Assembly: GCA_965216875.1 (NCBI GenBank)
Contig: OZ244207.1
Coordinates: forward strand, 7,456,001 to 7,520,000
Origin: Rubripirellula sp.
Lineage (GTDB): Bacteria > Planctomycetota > Planctomycetia > Pirellulales > Pirellulaceae
Direction: 5' to 3'
Length of the DNA: 64,000 nucleotides
The position numbers and the translations under genes were made by a program. Under the pieces are notes generated by a model that was given only the letters and a program-made list of their open reading frames with translations, was not told the DNA's origin and made no database searches. This document shows, piece after piece, positions 53,335 to 61,448 of the stretch. Within the stretch, counting starts at the first letter, position 1, and the number at the start of each line of letters is the position of its first letter.

Positions 53335-56300
53335 ATGCTTCGCAAACCCCACTCGCGCCGCCAGCGACGGCCTATTCACAAGAATCCATCTTGGACGCTT
53401 TCGACGCTTGAGCCGCGTCTGATGTTGGCGGCGGATGCGGGCGTTGCAACGGCCTCGGCGTGCCACGGCGAAATGACAGTTGGGCAAAACGCCGTGGCGT
53501 CCGAAGTGGCACCGACCGTGGCCCAATCGGCCCCGGCAACCATCGTGTTTGTTGATAGCGCTGTATCCGATCTGGCGGAACTCGCCGCCACAAGCGGCGA
53601 CGCCGAACTTGTCCTGATCGACGCCGAGCGTGATGGCATCGACCAAATCACCAACCACTTAGCAACGCGACAGAACGTCCAGTCCATTCAAGTCGTTTCG
53701 CATGGCGCCTCAGGCCGGATTCAACTTGGCAACACGAACGTCGATACAAACACACTCAACGAACGCGCCGATCAAATTCGCAAGTGGCGTGGCGCTCTGT
53801 CACGCGATGCGGATCTCTTGATCTACGGGTGTGATGTTGCAGCGGATCAATCGGGTCAAGATTTTGTACGTCAGCTCGCGCGGCTGGCAGGTGCTGATGT
53901 GGGCGCATCGAGCGACCGCACGGCCAACGCACAGCAGCATGGTGATTGGGACCTGGAATTCTGTAGCGGAGTGATCGAGTCCGCACTCGCGATCTCTCCA
54001 GAGGCGATTGAAGCGTTTCGTGGTCATCTTGCGATCCAAATTCGCGCCGCAGGCACGACCGGCGAAGAACAGATGCAGCTGTTGATCGACGGCGTGTCCG
54101 TTCAAACTTGGAATGTGACCGGAACAGGCGCCTACGCTGGCCAGTACGACACCTATACCTACAACCAAGACGGAATCGACGTCGATCGGATTCGTGTCGC
54201 GTTTACGAACGACCTCTATTTGCCAGAGCAAAATTTCGATCGCAATTTGCGTGTCGATTGGATTCGTGTCGATGGTGTTCAATACGAAACGGAATCGGCC
54301 GACGTCTTTTCCACGGGAACGTGGATCAGCGGGGTGGGGATTCAGCCTGGGAATTGGCAATCCGAGTTTCTGCACACCGATGGCTATTTTCAATACACCG
54401 ACAATAGCGGTGGAACCAATGGAGGTTCGGTTTCGCTGACATCGTCGTCCGCATCGGTCGATGAAGACGCAGGAAGCATTACGCTCACACTTCAGAGAAG
54501 CGGCGGCAGCGACGGCTCGGCCGAAGTTTTCTTCCGCACCAACGCGGGCTCGGCGAACGCCGGGAGCGATTTCACGGCTCAAAACTCAAGTGTGGTGTTT
54601 GCCGACGGACAAACATCAGCATCCATCACGATTCAAATCTCTGACGACGCGACTGACGAAAGCGACGAATCGTTTCAGGTCGAATTGACCAGTGCCAACG
54701 GTGCGGACCTTGGCGGTACAATGGTCACGACGATCACCATCAATGATGACGACGTGACGGCGCCACCTCAGCCATCAGGTTTGATCGGCTACTGGGCTCT
54801 CAATGAGACGTCAGCCGGGACGATCGTTGACTCCTCGGGCACCGGAAACGACGGGCAAGCAATTAACTTTGCATCGCCCAACGGGCCAACCAACGACACC
54901 CCCGACGTCAATGGTTTCAATCCAGGGTCGTTTTCGTTTGACGGGAACAACGATTTCATCAACGTCGGACCCGATGAATCGCTGCGTTTGACGGAAGGGA
55001 CCTACACACAAACGGTTTGGATCAAACCGACCGACACCAGTAACAACTATCAAGGTGTCATTGGTTACCAAGCGGGCGGTGTCAACAGTCGCTATCCGTT
55101 CATCTATACCCGCAACGACATGATCTACGCAGGCTTTGGTGCGGGCGCCACCTGGAAAGGCGTCGTTGCTGATAACGCGTTGGACATCGGCCAGTGGAAT
55201 CACGTTGCCGTTACCTTTGACGGAACAACGATGGTGCTGATGGTGGATGGCGAAGTGGTTGGCACGAACAACAATTTTGGCGGCTCACTGCCGACAACTG
55301 CGACATCCCAGCTGAGCATTGGCAAGATCAATACCTACTTTGCAGGTCAGCTTGATGAAGTGCGGCTGTACGATCGCGCACTCAGCCAGAACGAAGTGGT
55401 CACGGTGATGAACGCCGCTGACCCGCCACCACCGCCGACATCAAGTCCCGGTCAGATCGGATTGGCGGCCACACAAGTTGCCGTCAACGAAAACGAGGGG
55501 ACGGTATCGATTGGTTTGCTGCGAACCGGCGGTGCAAGTGGACCGGCAGAAGTCTACTACACCACACAAGATGCTTCGGGCGAAGCAGGCGTCGACTATT
55601 TCGGTACGAGTGATGGTCGCGTTCAGTTTGCTGACGGGCAAGTCTTTGCTTCCATCAACATTCCGATCATCGACAACTTCGAACAAGACGGCGAAAAGAC
55701 GTTCCAGGTTTCTTTGTTCCGAGTTGATGGCGCTTCCCAAGGCGAGCCAAGAACGGCCACCGTCACCATTGTTGACGATGAGTCGGGTTCGGGGTTGATC
55801 GGCTATTGGAACTTGAATGAAACCGACGCTTCGGGGCCAATCGTTGATTCGTCTGGCCAGGGGAACAACGGGCAAGCGGTCGGTTTCAATTCGCCCTTCG
55901 GTCCAACCAACATCGCGCCAGACACAAACAGCCCGAACCCAGGTGCGTTTAGTTTCGATGGTTCAAATGACGCGATCGAAATTGCCGAGAACGAATCGCT
56001 GCGTCTGACCGAGGGCAAGTACAGTCAATCGGTTTGGGTCCGCCCGACGGCCAACGATGGCAAGTTCCACGGCGTGCTCGGCTATCAGTCTGGCGGGGTG
56101 AACTCGCGTTATCCCTTCATCTACACGCTCAATAACTCAGTCTATGCCGGGTTCGGCGCCGGCGCGACATGGAAAGGCGTCACTGCCAACGGCGTCATCT
56201 CGGTCGGCTCATGGAACCACATCGCGGTCAGCTTTGACGGTTCACGGATGGTCCTTTACGTCAACGGAGAAGTCGTCGGAACGAATGATGATTTCGGCGG

Positions 56301-57714
56301 GTCGCTGCCAACCACGGCGACGGCTCAATTGAGCATCGGGCGAGTGAACAATCAGTTCGTCGGCCAAATTGACGAAGTTCGTATGTGGGACCGAGCGATC
56401 AACGGGGGCGAAGTACAAGCCTTGATTGACGGTGCGACCCTTCCACCACCCAACGTCGTCGGCTATTTCACAACCGAAGCCCTGGCCAGTGGGTTCGTTC
56501 AGCCAACCACCGTAGAACGATTGCCTGATGGACGGTTCCTTGTGGCCGAACGTGCCGGCGTGATCAAGGTTGTCAACCAGGATGGCAGTGTGAATGCGAC
56601 GCCGCTGTTGGACATCAACGACGTCGTCAATCGTGTTGGTGTCGACCGAGGTGTGATGTCGATTGCGATTCCACCCGACTTTGCACAAACACGACAACTG
56701 TATGTCGCCTACACCTACGATCCACCGGAAGTCCAAGGACGCAGTGGTGATGGTGGCCCCGATGGCGAGGGGGCACGCGTCGCGCGTGTTTCGCGTTTTA
56801 CCGTCAATGAATCATGGACAGTCGCCGACCGAAACAGCGAAGTCGTCGTTGTCGGCAAGAACAGTCTTTACGAGTACATCGGGCAACCGAATCGCCGCCC
56901 GCTTCTTTCGGACCCTCAGTCGGGATTGGACGAAAACGGCAACTACATTCGTGACTTCATCGCCAGCGACGAACTGAGTCATACCGTTGGCGATATGGAA
57001 TTCGCATCCGATGGTTCGCTTATCATTTCCGTGGGCGATGGTGGGTCGTACGGCCGAGTCGATCCGGTGAACCTTCGCTCGCTCGACCTGAACAGCCTCA
57101 ACGGCAAGATTCTTCGAGTCGATCGCTGGACCGGTCTCGGGCTGAGCGACAATCCGTTTTACGATGGCGACCCGGGCAGCAACCAGAGTCGTGTCTACAG
57201 CTACGGACTGCGAAACCCATTCCGTTTCGCGATCAATCCAAACGATGGCGAGATCTTCATTGCCGATGTTGGTTGGCTGAACTGGGAAGAGATCAACACC
57301 GGTCGCGGCAAGAACTTCGGCTGGCCCGCCTACGAAGGTTTCGGTTTGACTGGCGGTTCACGCGGAAGCTATGCGTCGTTGCCAGAAGTGCAAGACTACT
57401 TGGCGACGAATCCAGAGATCACGCCGCCGATTTGGACACGCAGTCATAGTGCGGGCGCTCGTGCGATCATCATGGGCGACTTCATCCAAGGTGGTGACTA
57501 CCCGGCAAGTCTTCAGGGAGCGTTCTTGTTTACCGACATTGGCGACCGTGTGTTGCGTGCGGGGCGATTGGACAGTAACGGTCAATTGATTGACGTCGTT
57601 CCCGTTTCCTCAAGCGTCGGTTTCATCACCGATGTGATGCGTATGAGCGACGGCAGTCTCTACTACGTCGACTTCGCCTCCGGTACGCTCGGCAAGCTGG
57701 TTTTTAACAGCTAA
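53335..57714 (+). CDS. Large secreted multidomain protein: LEPRxLL-type motif, DUF4347, CBM60-like module, two Calx-beta + LamG units, PQQ-dependent glucose/sorbosone dehydrogenase
   Basis: TLEPRLMLA; IVFVD...VSHG...LLIYGCDVA...DWDLE (DUF4347); VAFTND...DRNLRVDWI (CBM); Calx-beta FADGQ; LamG WNHVAVTFDG; GSDH VAERAG, GKILR, YGLRNPFRF, ADVG; start moved to ATG 53335. Confidence 0.88.
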   Translation: MLRKPHSRRQRRPIHKNPSWTLSTLEPRLMLAADAGVATASACHGEMTVGQNAVASEVAPTVAQSAPATIVFVDSAVSDLAELAATSGDAELVLIDAERDGIDQITNHLATRQNVQSIQVVSHGASGRIQLGNTNVDTNTLNERADQIRKWRGALSRDADLLIYGCDVAADQSGQDFVRQLARLAGADVGASSDRTANAQQHGDWDLEFCSGVIESALAISPEAIEAFRGHLAIQIRAAGTTGEEQMQLLIDGVSVQTWNVTGTGAYAGQYDTYTYNQDGIDVDRIRVAFTNDLYLPEQNFDRNLRVDWIRVDGVQYETESADVFSTGTWISGVGIQPGNWQSEFLHTDGYFQYTDNSGGTNGGSVSLTSSSASVDEDAGSITLTLQRSGGSDGSAEVFFRTNAGSANAGSDFTAQNSSVVFADGQTSASITIQISDDATDESDESFQVELTSANGADLGGTMVTTITINDDDVTAPPQPSGLIGYWALNETSAGTIVDSSGTGNDGQAINFASPNGPTNDTPDVNGFNPGSFSFDGNNDFINVGPDESLRLTEGTYTQTVWIKPTDTSNNYQGVIGYQAGGVNSRYPFIYTRNDMIYAGFGAGATWKGVVADNALDIGQWNHVAVTFDGTTMVLMVDGEVVGTNNNFGGSLPTTATSQLSIGKINTYFAGQLDEVRLYDRALSQNEVVTVMNAADPPPPPTSSPGQIGLAATQVAVNENEGTVSIGLLRTGGASGPAEVYYTTQDASGEAGVDYFGTSDGRVQFADGQVFASINIPIIDNFEQDGEKTFQVSLFRVDGASQGEPRTATVTIVDDESGSGLIGYWNLNETDASGPIVDSSGQGNNGQAVGFNSPFGPTNIAPDTNSPNPGAFSFDGSNDAIEIAENESLRLTEGKYSQSVWVRPTANDGKFHGVLGYQSGGVNSRYPFIYTLNNSVYAGFGAGATWKGVTANGVISVGSWNHIAVSFDGSRMVLYVNGEVVGTNDDFGGSLPTTATAQLSIGRVNNQFVGQIDEVRMWDRAINGGEVQALIDGATLPPPNVVGYFTTEALASGFVQPTTVERLPDGRFLVAERAGVIKVVNQDGSVNATPLLDINDVVNRVGVDRGVMSIAIPPDFAQTRQLYVAYTYDPPEVQGRSGDGGPDGEGARVARVSRFTVNESWTVADRNSEVVVVGKNSLYEYIGQPNRRPLLSDPQSGLDENGNYIRDFIASDELSHTVGDMEFASDGSLIISVGDGGSYGRVDPVNLRSLDLNSLNGKILRVDRWTGLGLSDNPFYDGDPGSNQSRVYSYGLRNPFRFAINPNDGEIFIADVGWLNWEEINTGRGKNFGWPAYEGFGLTGGSRGSYASLPEVQDYLATNPEITPPIWTRSHSAGARAIIMGDFIQGGDYPASLQGAFLFTDIGDRVLRAGRLDSNGQLIDVVPVSSSVGFITDVMRMSDGSLYYVDFASGTLGKLVFNS

Positions 57715-57790
57715 TTGGACAACTCCACTTTTTGCGTCAAAGCACTTGCTTCTACCCCTGCTCGTGCTTTCCGCTCATCTTGCCGACCGC

Positions 57791-59320
57791 TCAAGGCTTA
57801 CTGCCCTGTGCGTGTTCCCCAGAATTCTGGCGGGCCCGGGCGATCACGTCGGTGATTCGTTGTGTTCGCTCTTCGGCCGTGAGGGCATAGTTGCCGATGG
57901 GCTGACCAGGTTTCAAAGGAACGATCCAGCTCTTGGATCCAAACGGGCCGGTGTCGACGCGACTGATGTCAACGTTCGGATCGATTAGGTATTGATAGGG
58001 ACGCCCATTTAGCGAGGCAATGGCATCACAGCGGATTTCGAAGTCTCGCAAGCCTTCTGCTTCAAGACTCGTACGCAACACCTTTGCGTAAGTGGCAATC
58101 ATTCGCGGTTCATCGCCGATATGAACTGCCTGTTTGCGATTCAAGTGAAGCGGGTTGAGGATTTCGTAGCGTCCATCGCTGTCGACAAGAAGGTAACGAA
58201 CGACGCCGTCGGTGGAATTGGATTTCATCCGCCAGGCAAACTTTTGCCCGAGCTTTGTCCAGTCAGTGTAGCCTTCGCAAAAATGATGGCGGAAAGGCAA
58301 CAAGACCTGCACGATCAGATAGACCAGCAGACCGGCGGCCACCCACGAATGCGCGCTTGTGACTGTGGTGTTCGTTTCGATCGGTGCGTCTACTTCGCTG
58401 TTGTTCTGTGAGTCGGGCGATCGACGTCGAAAATAGGCGACGACTTTCCTGGGGGTATTTGGTGGAAAGAATAAGAGCGTCGCCCCCAACATGAACCAGG
58501 GAAAGGTCCCGATGGTAAAGAGGAAATGGTTGGTGAGGTTAAAGCCTAGAATTAGGGGGATGACCCACAATCGCGTGCGACTAAAGAGCAACGCGACCGG
58601 GACAAGCAAGTCGAAGAGCAAACCGCCGTAGGCGAATCCCAACACAACAGCCGGAGTCTCGGCCATCTCAAGTGCCGTCGGTGTCGATGCGTGGTTGAGC
58701 AGGAATTTGTGCATCGGCTCGCCACGCAGCCAATCACCATTGATCTTGGTGATGCCCCCATAAAAGTAGGCGATGAAGAGATGGGCGCGAAGGATGAAAA
58801 CGTTCCAATACGGGCAGACTTCGTCGCGCACTCGCGGCTGGTCCCCGGATTGAGGCCGCAGCCATTTCGCAATTGACCAAGTCGCGTCCGCGCGACAAAA
58901 GATCATGAAAAACGTCAACAACACAAAGAGATAATAATGGTTGTTGTAGTTCACCTCGTCGATCAGAAAGACATGTGTGTAGGTCAAGAACAAGACTGTC
59001 GCCGAGACTCGGTACATGATCCCCGTCATCACACCAATCGCGGCAATCGCCTGAACGATGATCGCAACATGCATCAACCCTTCGGGCCAAGGGGCGACAA
59101 AACTAAAACCGGGGTACGTGAAATGGAAACTCTCGGCAGAGTAATGTGTTTGGGCTCTGGGCAGATGATACAAAGCCGCTTCGCAGGCCATCAAGAATCC
59201 GAACCAGATCCTGAAACAGGCCAAAGAAGAACCGTCGACGTTGCGGAACAATAGGTTCTGCCAGCGCGACCAAAGCGTCACTTCAGATGGCGACCGACCG
59301 CCGTCGTCCTCTTCAACCAT
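57791..59320 (-). CDS. HTTM domain protein, vitamin K-dependent gamma-carboxylase-like
   Basis: SLACFRIWFG, YNNHYYL, YFYGGITKINGDWLRG, IGTFPW, FAWRMK, SLNGRPYQYLIDPNVDI; start probably ATG 59320. Confidence 0.88.
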   Translation of the reverse strand: MVEEDDGGRSPSEVTLWSRWQNLLFRNVDGSSLACFRIWFGFLMACEAALYHLPRAQTHYSAESFHFTYPGFSFVAPWPEGLMHVAIIVQAIAAIGVMTGIMYRVSATVLFLTYTHVFLIDEVNYNNHYYLFVLLTFFMIFCRADATWSIAKWLRPQSGDQPRVRDEVCPYWNVFILRAHLFIAYFYGGITKINGDWLRGEPMHKFLLNHASTPTALEMAETPAVVLGFAYGGLLFDLLVPVALLFSRTRLWVIPLILGFNLTNHFLFTIGTFPWFMLGATLLFFPPNTPRKVVAYFRRRSPDSQNNSEVDAPIETNTTVTSAHSWVAAGLLVYLIVQVLLPFRHHFCEGYTDWTKLGQKFAWRMKSNSTDGVVRYLLVDSDGRYEILNPLHLNRKQAVHIGDEPRMIATYAKVLRTSLEAEGLRDFEIRCDAIASLNGRPYQYLIDPNVDISRVDTGPFGSKSWIVPLKPGQPIGNYALTAEERTQRITDVIARARQNSGEHAQGSKP

Positions 59321-59519
59321 TTGTCCCAAAACAACTCCGAGCCACTGAGATCCCGTCCCTGTCTGGCAGAACTGAATTTGACAACGGCTTGCCTGGACTG
59401 AACAACAAACCGGCATTCTCACTCAACCAGGTTGGATCAGCTATAGCTCATCGGGCCGGTGAGGAGAATCTTGTGGTTGAGTTCATGGTTTCTTAACGCA
59501 ACACTTGGAAAGCTGCGAG

Positions 59520-60338
59520 TCAGGCCGATCGGCGTCGTGGTTGATTGAGGTCGTAGCCGAATGCGGCCGCTTGGGGTGCGATCATGTCGCGATAGGTGCA
59601 GATGACACTTTCGGGAACCACCAGTTCCTTTTTGCCTGGTGGTTGGTACGCAACATCGACTTGGGCGCTGATGTCATGCGTCACGTTGAGTCCGAGAGTG
59701 GTGGCCAAGTCGTGGATCGATTTTGACTTGCTTTGAACAAAGTCCTCATAGCGAATCAACTCGAACGCTTCGGGTTGGTTCAAGTAGACATCCGCGGCAA
59801 CTTGCCAGCGTCGAGCCAAGATTTTGCCGCATCCCCATGAGGTCGACTCGGCGCCGTAAAGATGCGGGTCCTCAAACACTCCGCGCCAACCGTCGGAAAG
59901 TTGGTGGGTCACTTCGCTTGTCGCTGACAGATCCTCGGCCGACATCTTCAGACGTTCCGCGATGCTGCGAATGTTCTCGGTTGGTTCACGCACGACAAAC
60001 ACAAACGTCGCTTTGGGGAACACTTCGCGCAGCCCATCGAACAAAAACGTCAAATTCGGTTCTTTGACGAGTGCGTTTGAAAAGTCGCGGTAGCATTCGT
60101 TAACCGCAGAGGATAACGACGCTTCGCCGCGATGTAGCCGTTTAAAGTCTTCGCCCCAGAACGCCGAGATGTCGATCACATACGACAGACCGGTTGCTTT
60201 GCCCAGCAAGCTGGCGATCGCCGACGTTCCCGACTTTTGATTGCCAAGCACAATCACGGGTGAACGCTCTTCGGGGCAAAACCGACGACGTCCCATGAAA
60301 TGTCGCAAGCGATCGATTTGTTTGCTTAACTTCGACAC
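59520..60338 (-). CDS. Sulfotransferase family protein
   Basis: 5'-PSB motif LGNQKSGTS, VKEP, 3'-PB FVVREP...S, IRYEDF. Confidence 0.85.
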   Translation of the reverse strand: MSKLSKQIDRLRHFMGRRRFCPEERSPVIVLGNQKSGTSAIASLLGKATGLSYVIDISAFWGEDFKRLHRGEASLSSAVNECYRDFSNALVKEPNLTFLFDGLREVFPKATFVFVVREPTENIRSIAERLKMSAEDLSATSEVTHQLSDGWRGVFEDPHLYGAESTSWGCGKILARRWQVAADVYLNQPEAFELIRYEDFVQSKSKSIHDLATTLGLNVTHDISAQVDVAYQPPGKKELVVPESVICTYRDMIAPQAAAFGYDLNQPRRRSA

Positions 60339-60554
60339 GCCGATTCCCTTCGTTCCAATTGCATACGGTGCGGTCCAGGCGGACCTTCAGCCAGCTGCGT
60401 GGATCGTAGAAAAACGGTCGAATTGGCTGCAATGCCGTTTTTGAAGAACAGCAGGCTCAGGGACGCTGTTGAGACTTGTGTTCCAAAATCGCTGCCGCAC
60501 CAAGACTGCTCTGGACGCGTACAACGAGTCAGGTCAAACCAGCAGGGCAACGCC

Positions 60555-60941
60555 ATGAATCTCAATCAAGTCACCATTCCGTCCCATGATCTGGTCAGGT
60601 CCGTTGCGTTTTATCAGCAGCTTGGACTTCGGCTGATCGTCGATTCTGTTCCGCGGTATGCTCGGTTTGAGTGTCCCGACGGCGAGGCAACGTTTTCAAT
60701 TCATCGTGTGGAGGATCCCGTCAGAACATCTGGCCTAAGTATTTACTTCGAATGTGAAGACTTAGATGTCCGCGTTGCAGAACTGAAGGATCGAGGGATT
60801 GCCTTCGACCTCGATCCGGTTGACCAGCGATGGCTCTGGCGAGAAGCGCACCCTCGCGACCCCGATGGCAATCATCTGATCCTGTTCCACGCTGGCGAGA
60901 ATCGAAAGAACCCACCGTGGAGGATTGAAACCAGTCCGTAG
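60555..60941 (+). CDS. VOC (glyoxalase/bleomycin resistance) family protein
   Basis: MNLNQVTI...RSVAFYQQLG, IYFECEDLD, RDPDGN; start moved to ATG 60555. Confidence 0.92.
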   Translation: MNLNQVTIPSHDLVRSVAFYQQLGLRLIVDSVPRYARFECPDGEATFSIHRVEDPVRTSGLSIYFECEDLDVRVAELKDRGIAFDLDPVDQRWLWREAHPRDPDGNHLILFHAGENRKNPPWRIETSP

Positions 60942-61001
60942 CGTTTCAGCCTTAATCGGATTCCTGCAAGTTGATTGTCATCTCAATAGGATCAAATCGC
61001 G

Positions 61002-61409
61002 ATGCGTTTCTCATTGATCTCACTGGCCGTCCTGGTTCTCTTTTTCGCATTCGTATTCTTCTCGATCAGCAACTCAAGTTCGAGGTATTGGAGCGATTCG
61101 GTGAGGACGGTGTACGGACTTCTTTTCGCAAGTTCGATCGTCTACGCCTACGATCGTGGCAGCACACCTGCGATGGCCTTTGGCTTTACTGGCATGGTGA
61201 TCGCGTACTTTGCGTCGGGCTCCACATTCGGCTTTTCGCTGCTGCTCGAAAGCATGGGGCTGCTTGATCGATCGGTGATGGACAACCTTGCCGTTGTCGA
61301 GACGCTCAAACATCACCTCGCAGCGCTGGCTGCGTCGATTGCCGCATTGATTTGGAAGGGTCTGTCCCTTCGTGAGCGGTCTCGTCGCTTGATGGCCGCA
61401 GACGATTAG
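61002..61409 (+). CDS. Small hypothetical membrane protein
   Basis: MRFSL start typical of small planctomycete membrane proteins; about four hydrophobic segments. Confidence 0.6.
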   Translation: MRFSLISLAVLVLFFAFVFFSISNSSSRYWSDSVRTVYGLLFASSIVYAYDRGSTPAMAFGFTGMVIAYFASGSTFGFSLLLESMGLLDRSVMDNLAVVETLKHHLAALAASIAALIWKGLSLRERSRRLMAADD

Positions 61410-61448
61410 GTCCGCGGCAATCACTCGTCAAACTCGTTGGTTATGACG

